Shown piece by piece: positions 38,268 through 49,688 of a stretch of 64,000 nt of DNA. The notes beneath the pieces are model-generated. The model worked only from the letters and a program-made list of their open reading frames with translations, was not told the DNA's origin and did not search any database. How positions within the stretch are numbered: position 1 is the stretch's first letter; every line of letters starts with the position of its first letter. The position numbers and the translations under genes were made by a program. Origin of the DNA: Nitrospirota bacterium (GTDB lineage: Bacteria > Nitrospirota > UBA9217); the NCBI GenBank assembly GCA_963790205.1, contig CAWBNQ010000008.1, positions 96,001-160,000 on the forward strand, written 5' to 3'.

Positions 38268-39455
38268 ATGGCTATGCAAAAACTCCCGCTTACTGAAAGA
38301 AAACTCCGCGCCTTCATACAGAAGGCGCGGCACTACAACATATTTCCTATCGATCTGCCTCGATACCTTCATGATAAGCATCCCATAACAGATGATTTAA
38401 AGGATCTTGTCGATGAGGCTCACCAGTTCTTGAAAATATGTACTGAAAGTGATATCCGCGAGTTGTTTGACCACCTCTCGCCCGCATATCGGATGTTTTT
38501 AGAGGGTGAAATTAAAACGGAGGAAGAGCGCCAACGCTTCGCAGTTTATTACCTATCTTCCGAGATTCAGCGTAGTTACTTTTCGCTCACGGATTCTTTC
38601 GACCAGAATCTTGAAACGAGTGAGGTTTTGAAGATATACCCCGAACTGTTTGAACGGATTGACAAGAATGGCCTGTTGCATATCGGGATCGATATGGTTC
38701 TTCATGATGGTGGAATCGAGTACAAGGATCACTTCTTGCACTACCATCAGTTACTACGAAGAAATTATACTGCTAATCCGAATTTTGACTTTTTAGGTCG
38801 CTTCATGCAGCACTACTACCGCACAAATAAATATAATACATTTAGAATTGCCATAGACCACCGAAGAATTATGCCTAAAGAATTTTATCAACAACTATTT
38901 GAATGCGATACTTGGTACGGTCCACCATTTGCGGTCAATAAACTCGATGAGCCAACACCCAACTCTCTAATAGTCCTAACGAGAAATAAAAAATCATTAT
39001 TCGAGCGGACATATAGCCTAGATCGTACTGAATTTTATTGGAGTTACAACCATCCTATTAAAACGCTTGAAATAGAGGAAGTAGTCGGGGATAGTAATAA
39101 CTTTGGTCAATATTATTTCAATCGCTATATACACAGTGAACGAAACACTTCGACTCATGCATTCCGCCATTTGGATGGAGCCGTAAAAATTTATTTGCAT
39201 GACAGTTTCTCCAAACGTAAAGATACTTTCATGCCTGAAGAGTATAAATGCTACAAAAAGGAGAAGCTTTGGCGAATTGATGGCAAAATTGAGCTGAATG
39301 ATTGGGTCGATCTGATATCATTTTTCTTTAAAAGTAATGAGATGATCATAGAATATTTTAACCCCGAGCAATTTATTGAAATGTTTGAACTACGTATACG
39401 CGATTTTGAGGCATGGAAATGTAAACAGGACGATAAAGGCGTTAGTGGGCCGTAA
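38268..39455 (+). CDS. Hypothetical protein (395 aa, AT-rich)
   Basis: Long ORF; RYIHSE and RHLDGA His-containing motifs. Confidence 0.8.
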   Translation: MAMQKLPLTERKLRAFIQKARHYNIFPIDLPRYLHDKHPITDDLKDLVDEAHQFLKICTESDIRELFDHLSPAYRMFLEGEIKTEEERQRFAVYYLSSEIQRSYFSLTDSFDQNLETSEVLKIYPELFERIDKNGLLHIGIDMVLHDGGIEYKDHFLHYHQLLRRNYTANPNFDFLGRFMQHYYRTNKYNTFRIAIDHRRIMPKEFYQQLFECDTWYGPPFAVNKLDEPTPNSLIVLTRNKKSLFERTYSLDRTEFYWSYNHPIKTLEIEEVVGDSNNFGQYYFNRYIHSERNTSTHAFRHLDGAVKIYLHDSFSKRKDTFMPEEYKCYKKEKLWRIDGKIELNDWVDLISFFFKSNEMIIEYFNPEQFIEMFELRIRDFEAWKCKQDDKGVSGP

Positions 39456-39469
39456 TTCCACACCTTGTG

Positions 39470-39527
39470 AATCAACCAGCGCGTCGAGTGAGTCGCGAAG
39501 ACCTCGCTCCTCACTCGCGCGTTGGCT
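39470..39527 (+). repeat. attC site (58 bp)
   Basis: R'' AATCAAC, L'' GTCGAG with extrahelical C, L' CTCAC, R' GTTGGCT; imperfect palindrome. Confidence 0.7.
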
Positions 39528-39601
39528 CCTGCAAACTACCGCTCTACGCCAACCAGCAGTCCAAGCGGACAAGAGCCGCTTAACTTTTTAAGGAGGACTC
39601 C

Positions 39602-40084
39602 TTGCTTACACTTTTACGAGTATGCATGTTTGTCTTGGTGTTTGGTGTATCGGTGTCTGATGCAATGTCTTTGAGTCAATTACTGAAAGATAACGGCAAA
39701 TATCGCTCCTCCTTAGTCATGGTGGAAGGTGTATCAATAGCAAGCCCACGTCTTGTTGCAAAAACTTTTTACCAAATTACCATCTCTGACGGGCGACGTT
39801 CCTGCGTCGTTGCATGCCCGTATGATATGGGTCCTGTAATCGAAACGATTTTCCCGGACTTGAAAGGAAAAACCAAACGAATATTTAACCTTCAATTAAT
39901 GTGGCTAGAGCCGGACTCCCGCCTCCCCGAGTTGCGAAACGGAATTTTCCAGATTGTGCATCTCCATGTGCCGGTTGAAAATGGCATGTGGTTTGTGTGG
40001 CCCGGTGGAGATGATGGGAATTATCTCACCAAGCAAGAATATAAGCGTCAAATGGAACTTTATCGTATGATGGGCGGGAAGTAA
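39602..40084 (+). CDS. Secreted hypothetical protein (cassette-like)
   Basis: AAGGAGG RBS, TTG start, signal peptide. Confidence 0.65.
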   Translation: MLTLLRVCMFVLVFGVSVSDAMSLSQLLKDNGKYRSSLVMVEGVSIASPRLVAKTFYQITISDGRRSCVVACPYDMGPVIETIFPDLKGKTKRIFNLQLMWLEPDSRLPELRNGIFQIVHLHVPVENGMWFVWPGGDDGNYLTKQEYKRQMELYRMMGGK

Positions 40085-40169
40085 TTACAGTCAGAAGCAG
40101 GCGCGTGCTTCTGGATCGGGTAAGAAAGATAAACGCAAAGCGGACAAACCTTTCTATAAGGAGATCACA

Positions 40170-40859
40170 ATGGTTAAATTCAAATTGATTTTCATAATTT
40201 TGGTCGCAATGGTTATGCTTGGCGGGCAGATGTTTATTGCGAATAAGATTTGCGCTGAAGACGCATCTATACTTCGCTATTTCCCCCTCAAGGTAGGAAA
40301 TGTTTGGAAATACGAAGTTGGTGGTGGCAGTATGGGTGGCACTATTAGACGGGATGAAGTTCTTGAGTATTTAGATAAATATAATGCATATGTAATAAAT
40401 CATGTTTCAAGGGTAGATATGTCTGTCGGTTCATATCCGCCCATTGAATTTGATTCAGTTGTTGAAATACGAGGTGGAACACACATTCTTGAGATCGCTT
40501 CGCGTGCCGCAGGAAAAACAGCGCTTACAATGCGAGCACAACCGGAAATAATTTTACAAGGTCCTCTCGGTATTGGACAAACTTGGAAATATACGGAGAG
40601 AGATGCGGGCGATTCTGTAAAAAATGAATATAAAGTTCTATCATTAGTAGATTACCAAGTGAAAGCAGGAAGTTTTAAGAATGTTTGCAAGATCGAGAAA
40701 AAACAAGCGATAAAACTTGATGGCAAGTTGTTTTCTTGGAGTATATCAAATCTCTATTATGCCCCTAATATTGGATTAATAGCTGAAGTGGTACTTAAAA
40801 ACAATAAAAGCAATAAGCCGCAAACCATATTAGAGCTTATAGAATACAAAATTCGTTAA
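40170..40859 (+). CDS. Secreted beta-rich hypothetical protein
   Basis: Signal peptide; YFPLKVGNVWKY, VKAGSFKNV and YYAPNIGLI. Confidence 0.75.
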   Translation: MVKFKLIFIILVAMVMLGGQMFIANKICAEDASILRYFPLKVGNVWKYEVGGGSMGGTIRRDEVLEYLDKYNAYVINHVSRVDMSVGSYPPIEFDSVVEIRGGTHILEIASRAAGKTALTMRAQPEIILQGPLGIGQTWKYTERDAGDSVKNEYKVLSLVDYQVKAGSFKNVCKIEKKQAIKLDGKLFSWSISNLYYAPNIGLIAEVVLKNNKSNKPQTILELIEYKIR

Positions 40860-41153
40860 AATAATTCATAAATACTATGAAAAACGAGCCATGGTTTGTT
40901 ACTGGTTATGGACAACATGGGTGACGTTGATACCTGACGTGCATTTATCGGAACGATGATTTTAACCAGCGCGTTGTTAGGGTCCGCTACGCGCCCCATG
41001 CGTGCGTGAATGGTGCTATGGAAGATAAACGTTACATAACCGCTAACGGGCGTGATTAAGGATTGACTGCCCTGATTCTGCGTCCGCCTGTAAAAACAAC
41101 TAGACCTCTCTGGCATAAAAATGATAAAATATTCAGCAGTGGAGGATATAACT

Positions 41154-41357
41154 ATGGGCAACAAAGTTAAAACATTGGAGAAAGAGGTTCGGGAACTGTC
41201 GCGCGATGAACTTTCGATTTTTCGTGATTGGTTCGTCAAGTTCGATGCAGATGGATGGGATCGTCAGATAGAATCCGACATTGAGGCCGGCAAGCTTGAC
41301 AAATTGGCGGCAAAGGCGCTGTCCCAACACAAACGAGGGGAGAGCCGCGACCTTTGA
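41154..41357 (+). CDS. Putative antitoxin
   Basis: WDRQIESDIEAGKLDKLA; overlaps the toxin gene. Confidence 0.75.
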   Translation: MGNKVKTLEKEVRELSRDELSIFRDWFVKFDADGWDRQIESDIEAGKLDKLAAKALSQHKRGESRDL

Positions 41358-41608
41358 AGCACTTTGCGTCTCTGGATTTTTGGACATGTTTCAAAAATCT
41401 CCCCGACGCTGTACAGGAGTTGGCTCGTAGAGACTATGAGCTTCTGAAAGAAAATCCTTATCATCCTTCCCTCCATTTCAAAAAAATTAAAACGTATAGC
41501 TCAGTTCGTATTGGCCTCCATTACCGCGCACTGGGGATCGAAGTCCCAGATGGCATCCTCTGGTTTTGGATCGGCAAGCACTCGGATTATGATAAACTTC
41601 TGAGTTAA
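41354..41608 (+). CDS. RelE/ParE-superfamily toxin
   Basis: FW...LP...LLKENPYHPSLHFKK...SVRIGLHYRALG...WFWIGKHSDYDKL. Confidence 0.85.
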   Translation: MKHFASLDFWTCFKNLPDAVQELARRDYELLKENPYHPSLHFKKIKTYSSVRIGLHYRALGIEVPDGILWFWIGKHSDYDKLLS

Positions 41609-41661
41609 CTTGTCAATCGAGAACGACGCGAAAAGCCACGCATCTCACTTCCGCGTTCCCA
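41603..41661 (+). repeat. attC-like site (59 bp) overlapping the toxin stop codon
   Basis: AGTTAAC, ATCGAG...CTCAC, terminal GTT. Confidence 0.6.
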
Positions 41662-41676
41662 TCGCTTTAAATGTGT

Positions 41677-43824
41677 CTAATCCTTCGCCAGCGAAAAATC
41701 GATCCGCTTCCTGCACCGTATCGACGCGGTCCACGCGCACCCGTATGGCATCGCCGATGCGGTATACGCATTTGCGGCGCTCCCCGCGGAGGCAGTGCAG
41801 TTTCTCGACATAATGGTAGTAATCATCGGTGAGCGTGGAGACGTGCACCAGCCCCTCGACGAAGAGCTCGCGGAGCTGCACGAACAACCCGAACTGCGTT
41901 ACGCCGGTGACGATGCCGTCGTAGACCTCGCCGAGCTTGTCCTTCATATACTCGAGCTTGAGCATGGTGATCACGTCCCGTTCCGCTTCCATGGCGGTCC
42001 GTTCGCGGACCGAGCAGTGCGCGGCCGCCTCCGGCAGGGTCTCGGCCAGGTGCGTTGTGTAGGCCGCGTCCTTGAGCTTTCCCTGCAGGTCCGCTTTCAG
42101 GATCCGGTGCACGATGAGGTCCGGGTAGCGGCGGATGGGCGAGGTGAAGTGCGTGTAGGTGTCGGCCGCGAGGCCGAAGTGGCCGACGTTCTCGGCCGAG
42201 TACCGGGCCTGTTTCATGGTGCGGAGCAGGACCGTGTTGATCAGGGTCTCCTCCGGCGTGCCCTTGGCCTTGGCCAGGGCCTTCTGCAAATGCAGCGGCT
42301 TGAGCTTTTTCACCGCCGGCAGGCGTGATGCCGAGGGTGGCCAGGAACTCGATGAGGTCCGCCAGCTTTTCCTCGGCCGGCTCTTCATGGATACGGTAAA
42401 TGAAGGGCGCTTCCTTCTTCTCGATGTGTCCGGCCACGGTCTCGTTCGCCGCGAGCATGAATTCTTCGACGATCTGGTGCGCCATGTTCCGTTCGGCCCT
42501 GATGATCTCGGTCATGCGGCCCTGGAGGTCGAGCACGATCTGCGGCTCGGGCAGGTCGAAGTCGATGCTTCCCCGCTTGGACCTCTTGGAACGCAGGACC
42601 TCCATGAGCTCCGCCATGAGCTCGAATTCCGGGAGGAGCGCGGCGTAGCGCTTCCGCTGCAGGGGGTCCTTGTCCGCGAGGATCTCGCGCACGGCCGTAT
42701 AGGTCATGCGCTCGTTGCTGTTGATGACACTTTCGTAGATATCGTACTTCAGGATATCGCCCGCGGGCGAGATGTCCATCTCGCAGGTGAGCGTGAGCCG
42801 GTCTACGTTCGGGTTCAAACTGCAGATGCCGTTCGAGAGCGCGGGGGGCAGCATGGGGATGGCCCGGTCCGGGAGGTATACGCTCGTGCCGCGCTGGTAG
42901 GCCTCTTCGTTGAGATACGAGCCCTCTTTCACGTAGTGGGCCACATCGGCGATATGCACCCAGAGCCGGAATCCCGCCCTGGTCTTTTCGATGGAGATGG
43001 CGTCGTCGAAGTCACGCGCTGTCTCGCCGTCGATCGTGACCGTGGGCTGCTCCCTGAGGTCGTGCCGACCCTTGTGCATCGTTGTCGTGACCTGTTGCGG
43101 GATCTCGCCGGCCTCGCGGAGCGTGGCAAGGGAGAACTGCGACCGGGAGCTCATACTGTTCGATAATGAGCTCGGAATCGATGCCCGGCTGGCCGGGCCG
43201 TCCGATGACCCTGATGATCCTGCCTTCCGGCGGCCTGCCCCGCAGGGGGTAGGCGATGATCTCGGCGGAGACGATGTCGCCCGGCTTCGCGTTGTTGACG
43301 TTCTCCCTGCTGATGAGAACGTCCTGCGTGATCCGCGGGTTCGACGACGTTACGAACCCGATGGAAGTTGTTTGTGCATCCGGAAGCTCATAGGTCCCGA
43401 CAACCCTTGTGTGCGCCCGTTCGAGGATGCGGATGATCACGCCCTCGCGTTTGCCCTCGGTCTTTTTCCGGCCCACGGGCGGCGATACGCGGGCCACGAC
43501 CTTGTCGCCGTCCATGGCATCGAGCCTGCCCCGCGCCGGGATGTAGACGTCCGGCGTCCCTTTTTTCTCCGGGAGCACGAACCCGAAGCCCGACGGATGG
43601 GCCTGGAAGATGCCGGTCTCAAGGTCCATCTTTTCGGGCAGCCCGTAGCGGTTGCCCCGCGTTTTGATGATGTCGCCGCTCTGGACCAGCTCGTTCAACG
43701 CGTGCTTGAGGTCGTGACGGTCATCGGTCTTGAGCCTGAGCAGGCGCATGAGCTCGCGCACGAGCATGGGCTTGCCGGTCCTGGTCCTGATAATTTCAAG
43801 GAGTTGTTTGTGGGTGTAGTTCAT
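41677..43824 (-). CDS. rnr: Ribonuclease R (three apparent frameshifts near 43140, 42322 and 41714)
   Basis: HPSGFGF, TIDGETARDFDDA, HFTSPIRRYPDL and an S1 domain across three ORFs; corrected C-terminus RKRIDFSLAKD*. Confidence 0.92.
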
Positions 43825-43917
43825 AACAATTCAGTAGACAGTAAACAGGATGCGGTAAGCAGGGGAGGCCCTTTCTCCTGCCTGCTCCCTGTTTTTCGCA
43901 GTCGACTGTTTGCTGAT

Positions 43918-44313
43918 TCAGATTCTCAGCAGTTTTCCTTTCGCTTCGGCGATTATAACCAGTCCTTTTTCAATGACAGCCTCTGCTTCTATCAACCTGT
44001 GCGTTTCGCGCTTAAGCCTGCCGGAGATGCTGAGCTCCTCGCCGGGAGCGGCAGGGTACCTGAATTTTACCGTCATCTCGGCGGTGACGGCGGGTATGCC
44101 GAGGCTATAGGCCAGCTTGGCCATGGCCTCGTCGAGCAGGGCGGAGAGGATGCCGCCGTGGACGATCCCTTCGTAGCCCTGGTGCGAAGGCAGCGGAGTG
44201 AACCGGGCGCGTATGGAGCGCGCGTCCCTGTTTACCTCGAAAGCAACGCCGAGGCCGACCGGGTTCTCTTTGCCGCATACGTAACAACGCTGGTTGTCGC
44301 GGAGTTCTTTCAT
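43918..44313 (-). CDS. PaaI-family thioesterase
   Basis: CYVCGKENPVGL and HQGYEGIVHGGILSALLDE. Confidence 0.9.
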   Translation of the reverse strand: MKELRDNQRCYVCGKENPVGLGVAFEVNRDARSIRARFTPLPSHQGYEGIVHGGILSALLDEAMAKLAYSLGIPAVTAEMTVKFRYPAAPGEELSISGRLKRETHRLIEAEAVIEKGLVIIAEAKGKLLRI

Positions 44314-44552
44314 ACATACGGGTCGGAACATAAGACGGCCGCGAAGTCGCCAAGGCACGAAGATATCTGCAAATGCTTATTGGTGAAAAGGTTGCCTTGT
44401 TTTGTTCATGATGACAAAGTTCAGGCTCAACGTTTTCCTTCGTGCCTTTGCCTGCGCCCAGCGTTTACGAGTGGAACCGCGAGTGCAAGGTGCGTCTTCG
44501 TGGCAAGAATGCGTGCTTGTACATCCCAATACTTGCCAGTATAATATAAAAA

Positions 44553-47500
44553 ATGTCATTTGACAATTATATAACGCTCACCCCGGAACAATTGCAGCAT
44601 CTCGGGGTTGAGGACCACGCGCAGGCGGAAAAAAACCTGGAGCTTCTGCGGAGCGCGCTGGGAGCGGATGGTTTCACGGAGCTTTTACCGGGCCTGCTTG
44701 CCGCTTGTTCTGGCGCCGCGGACCCCGACATGGCACTAACCAATTGCGAGCGTTTTGTGAGCGCGCTGGGCGATGTCCCTTCATTCCTCTCGCTTTCCAG
44801 GACGAAACCTGACATTCTCCTTTCCCTTATTACGGTCTTCGGCGCAAGCCGGTTCCTTTCTGCCTTCCTTGTTATCATCTGCCGATGAAAGCTTGTCGCT
44901 GCTGACCGACCCCGAGTTCCTCGCTTACCGGAACGGCAAAGAGCCCCTCCTGGAAAGGTTCTCCGCTCTGATGGGGAGCAAAAGCGATGATAAGAGCTTT
45001 TTCGGCATCCTGAGACTCTTCCGCAAGCAGGAGATGCTTCGGATCGGGCTGCGGGATCTGCTCGGCAAGGCAGACCTCCGGGAAACGGTGTCGGACCTGT
45101 CGGACCTTGCCGAGGTTTGTCTGCAAAAAGCCTATGAATGGGCGGAGGCCGGGCTCCGGTCGCGGTACGGACAGCCGCTGATCGAGAGGCCTGACGGCAC
45201 GCAGATCCCCGCCGGGTTCGCGGTCATTGCCATGGGCAAACTGGGCGGGCGGGAGCTGAACTTCAGTTCCGACGTGGACCTCATGTACGCCTACACCGCG
45301 GACGGCGAGACCGAGGGAGTGCCATCCGCAGACGGGATTGTGACGAACAGGATCACGAACCACCAGTATTTCATCAAACTTTCAGAGAAGTTGAGCGCGG
45401 CCATCGGCGAGAAGACCGAAGACGGTTTCGTGTTCCGTGTGGACCTCCGCTTGAGGCCCGAGGGACAGCAGGGCCCGCTCGCACAGAGCCTTGGCGGCTA
45501 CGAGCTCTATTACGAATCCTGGGGCCAGACGTGGGAGCGGTCGGCCCTTATCAAGGCCCGGCCCGTGGCGGGCGACGGGGCCGTGGGCAGGGAGTTCATG
45601 GAACGGATCGCCCCCTTCGTATACCGGAAGTATCTTGACTACGGCGCTATTGCCGAGATCGGCGATATGAAACAGAAGATCAACAAGGACGTGGAGCAAA
45701 GAGGGAAAACGCACCGCGACGTGAAGCTCGGCTACGGCGGCATCCGCGAGATCGAGTTCGTTATCCAGGCGCTCCAGCTCATCTACGCGGGACGGGACCG
45801 GTCCCTGCGCGAAAAAAACGCGCTCAGAGCGCTGCATATTCTTTCCCAAAAAGGATTGATCACGTACCAGGAGCACGCCGAGCTTTCGAAGGCCTACATC
45901 TTTCTCAGGACCGTCGAGCACCGCATTCAGATCCTGGACGACCTCCAAACCCAGATAATTCCGTCGGACGAGCGGGAGCAGCGTACGCTTGCCCGGCGCA
46001 CGGGATACCTGGAACGCGGGAAGGAAGCGGAAGCGCTGCTGCGCGATTATGCCGGGCACACCCGGAAGGTAAGAAGCATCTATGACGAGTTGTTCGCATT
46101 CTCGGGAGAAGAGAGGGTATCGGAAAAGGTTGACGATGGCTACGGTCTGCTGCTCGATCCAGAAACTTCTGAACAGGACGCGGTCGTCTCGCTCAAGAGC
46201 TTTGGGTTCCGCGATCCGGAAAAGGCATACCGCAACCTGCTCCTGCTTCGGGAAGGAGCGGCCTTTGTTCACCAGACACCGAGGAGCCGAAAGCTGTTCA
46301 ATGAGATTTTTCCATCGCTCTTCCGCGAGCTCGTCGTTTCACCCGATCCGGACATGGCGCTCAATCATCTTGAATCTTTCCTTGCGGCCCAGGGCTCCTG
46401 GGAGACCTTTCAAGCGTTGCTGAAGCTCGACACCTCGGCCGGCAAGGTACTGGTTGCTGTTTTCGCCAACAGTGAGTATCTTTCGCGCATGCTCGTGGGA
46501 AGGCCCGCGCTTCTCCAAAACCTGCTCGAATCGAGGAAGGCCTACGGCGTTGGAACATACGCCTTGTTTACAAAAGAGCTGGCCGAGGCGCTTGACCGGG
46601 CATCGGGCATATCGGAAAAACTGGACGCCCTCCGCCGGTTTAAACACCAGGAAGAGGTCCGGATCGGCATGGCGGACTTGTTGTCCAACCTGAAGCTGAC
46701 AGCGGTGTCCCGGGACCTGTCAAAGCTTGCGGAGGTCTGCCTTGAGGCAGCGCTGAGGCTTGCCAATTCCGAGACCGGGAGACGGTACGGCATACATGGT
46801 CCTCTCTCCGGCCTTGCGGTCATAGGAGCGGGCAAACTCGGCGGCAGGGAACTTTCCTACGGATCGGACCTCGATATTCTCTTTGTCTTCAAGGAAGACC
46901 TCGCCCCGCCGCCCCCGCCGGGACTGACCGTGTTCGAGTACTTCAGCAAGATAGCCGAGAAGACCATTTCATACCTTTCCGCGCTCACCCGTGAAGGTTT
47001 CGCCTTTCGGATGGACACGAGACTCAGGCCCACCGGATCGAAGGGGCCGCTTGTGCAGAGCATCAATGCGTTCAAAGGTTACTATTTCACTCAGGCGGAG
47101 ACGTGGGAGCGCCAGGCTTTGCTCAGGGCGCGGCCTGTGGCCGGAGACCCCGCCGTGGGAGCGGATTTTTGCAGCGCGATCCAGGACCTTATCTATCGGG
47201 ACGCGGACAAGGAGTCCCTGGCCGACGATATCCGCGCCATGCGCAGAAGGATGGAGGAAGAGGTTGGAAAAGAGAGCGGGAAAAATTACAACATCAAGCA
47301 AGGCGTGGGCGGGCTTGTGGACATCGAGTTTCTTGTCCAGTATCTGCAGCTGCTTCACGGAAAGAAACACCGCTGGATACGGGTGCCGGGAACGTATAAT
47401 GCGCTGAGAGCACTCGGCAGGGAGCGCCTGCTGAGCAAGGAAGGCTGCCGCGTCCTTATGGACTCCTACCTGTTCCTGCGTCAACTGGAGAGCAGGATGA

Positions 47501-47679
47501 GAATTGTCTCCAACCAGGCCACGAGCGAACTAAACAGGGATCCCGCGAAGCTGTGGTCTCTCGCCCGACGAATGGGATATTCCGATACCGACCTCCCGGC
47601 AGGGCAAAAGCTCCTTCACGATTATGAAGGCTTGAGCAGGCGCGTCAGGGAAATGTTTGAACGGGTCCTTGGATGCTAG
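44553..47679 (+). CDS. glnE: Glutamine synthetase adenylyltransferase (apparent frameshift near 44872)
   Basis: Two nucleotidyltransferase domains: MGKLGGRELNFSSDVD and GKLGGRELSYGSDLD; RVDLRLRPEG. Confidence 0.95.
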
Positions 47680-48037
47680 CAGGTTGCCGAAAAAGTATTT
47701 TAGCTGTCTTTACGAGCGGTCCCTCACCATCATCGCGAGCGTAGCGAAACAATCTCTCTTTTGCAGTTCGGGATAAACTCCGCAATCTCGGTTTTAAAGA
47801 AATCGATAACTTCGGGCTTGCCGCGTCGCGAATATCGCTCTTCGCAATGATATTTCGAGAGTTTCTCGGCATCCTGCCAGGGAACTCAAATATTTTCCTT
47901 GACAACATCTCGGTCATTATAATAATATTACAACTGTACAGAATTGAAACGTCATATTTGCATTATGCAATAGTAAGTTATGAATTGCGCCGCTTTGGTG
48001 GATTTCTCAATTTGATTAAGGGAGGAAGGGTAATAAG

Positions 48038-49063
48038 ATGGTACACCGTTATTCGAGTGTAATTCTGCTGTTGTTTCTTGCGATGGCGCTTCTCGCGGGT
48101 AATGCGGCGTATGCGTCGCCTGATGCGCACGAGGCGGCCCTGGCAATCGCGGAGCCGGCAACTGAACAGGGCGATACGCATGCGTCTGTCGCGGCCTCCG
48201 CAGCACCGGCGTCGACTGCGCCTTGGTGGATTTGGCCGCTGTCCCTGCTGATCGTCACGTTCATCCTCGGCATTCTCGCGGTGCTGGGCGGCGTGGGCGG
48301 GGGTGTGTTGTTCGTGCCGATCGTGGGCGGATTTTTCCCGTTCCATCTCGATTTTGTGAGGGGCGCGGGACTGCTCGTGGCTCTGTCGGGCGCCCTGGCC
48401 GCGGGCCCCGGCCTCCTCAAGCGGAACCTGGCAAGCTTGCGGCTTTCGCTGCCCGTGGCTCTTATCGCGTCGGCGGCGGCCATCGGAGGGGCCATAATCG
48501 GCCTGGCGCTTCCGACGAACGTCATCCAGACGCTTCTCGGCGCGACGATCCTGTTCATTGTGCTCATCATGGCCATAGCGAAGAAGTCCGATTTTCCCGT
48601 GGTGCCGAAGCCGGACAGCCTGTCCCAGAGCCTGGGCATCATGGGCATCTACCGGGAAGAGTCGCTCGGCAAGGACGTTGAGTGGAACGTTCACAAGACG
48701 CCGTTGGGCTTGGCGCTTTTCATCGTGATCGGCATCATGGCCGGTATGTTCGGCTTGGGCGCGGGCTGGGCGAACGTGCCCGTGCTGAACCTCATGATGG
48801 GCGCCCCGCTCAAAGTATCGGTGGCCACGAGCAAGTTCCTGCTTTCCATCACCGACACATCGGCGGCGTGGGTGTACCTGAACCAAGGCGCGGTGCTCCC
48901 CATGATCGTGGTCCCTTCGATCGTCGGTATCATGATGGGTTCCATCGTGGGCGTCAAGATACTCGCCAAGGCGAAACCAAAGGCCATCAAGTGGATGGTT
49001 ATCGGCCTGCTGCTGTTTGCGGGCCTTCGGGCCTTGCTCAAGGGGCTCGGAATCTGGCCATAG
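48038..49063 (+). CDS. Sulfite exporter TauE/SafE family protein
   Basis: LGGVGGGVLFVP and GMFGLGAGWANVP repeats. Confidence 0.9.
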   Translation: MVHRYSSVILLLFLAMALLAGNAAYASPDAHEAALAIAEPATEQGDTHASVAASAAPASTAPWWIWPLSLLIVTFILGILAVLGGVGGGVLFVPIVGGFFPFHLDFVRGAGLLVALSGALAAGPGLLKRNLASLRLSLPVALIASAAAIGGAIIGLALPTNVIQTLLGATILFIVLIMAIAKKSDFPVVPKPDSLSQSLGIMGIYREESLGKDVEWNVHKTPLGLALFIVIGIMAGMFGLGAGWANVPVLNLMMGAPLKVSVATSKFLLSITDTSAAWVYLNQGAVLPMIVVPSIVGIMMGSIVGVKILAKAKPKAIKWMVIGLLLFAGLRALLKGLGIWP

Positions 49064-49072
49064 GAGGGGAAC

Positions 49073-49555
49073 ATGTCAATCGATAGAGTCAAAGCAGTCG
49101 CTCTTAAGGCGGGTCTGGAAATGGAGGGGAAAACGATGGCGGTCGAACGGACCAAGGCATCGGAAGAACAATTCGCCTATGCGGGCGTGCTCAATATCGG
49201 AATGTGGCTGGGGCTTGCCATCCTCGTGGTCACGTTCTTTGTCTATATATCAGGAGCGCTCTCCTGCCACGTTCCCATAGACGATCTGCCCCAATACTGG
49301 AGCAAATCGTCGAAGGAATTCATTCATTCCTGTAATGCGCCGACAGGGTGGGGGTGGACCATGCTGGTGGGGAAGGGCGATTATCTCAATTTTATCGGCG
49401 TTGCGATCCTGGCGGGGCTCACCATTCTTTGTTACCTCGTGATACTGCCGATCCTGATCCGGAAAAAGGACACGCCGTATGTCGTCATCGCCATTCTCGA
49501 GATCGCCGTGCTGGCGCTCGCGGCGAGCGGCATCATGAAAGTCGGCGGACATTAA
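49073..49555 (+). CDS. DUF1634-like membrane protein (TauE partner)
   Basis: Three TM helices; PTGWGW...GDYLNF; follows tauE. Confidence 0.7.
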   Translation: MSIDRVKAVALKAGLEMEGKTMAVERTKASEEQFAYAGVLNIGMWLGLAILVVTFFVYISGALSCHVPIDDLPQYWSKSSKEFIHSCNAPTGWGWTMLVGKGDYLNFIGVAILAGLTILCYLVILPILIRKKDTPYVVIAILEIAVLALAASGIMKVGGH

Positions 49556-49591
49556 TCACATTCGGAACAGCCTCTGATAAAATACTATCGC

Positions 49592-49617
49592 AGGGCGGTT
49601 GAAAAGCCGCCCTTTTT
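49592..49617 (+). terminator. Rho-independent terminator
   Basis: AGGGCGG/CCGCCCT stem with T run. Confidence 0.75.
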
Positions 49618-49688
49618 GTTTGACATCCTTTCCGACCACTGTTACCATGACGGTCATATTGTTGTTCCTGTCTTAACACGGTTCGATC

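Noticed and set aside
3477..47679. Frameshifts in tatA, tatC, hemL, the nrfC-like gene, the metallophosphoesterase, rnr (three) and glnE as pseudogenes or programmed frameshifts
   Set aside because: All are single-base indels, mostly insertions and often in short runs, in otherwise intact conserved genes with no shared slippery motif. Long-read sequencing error is the simplest explanation; read polishing would confirm.
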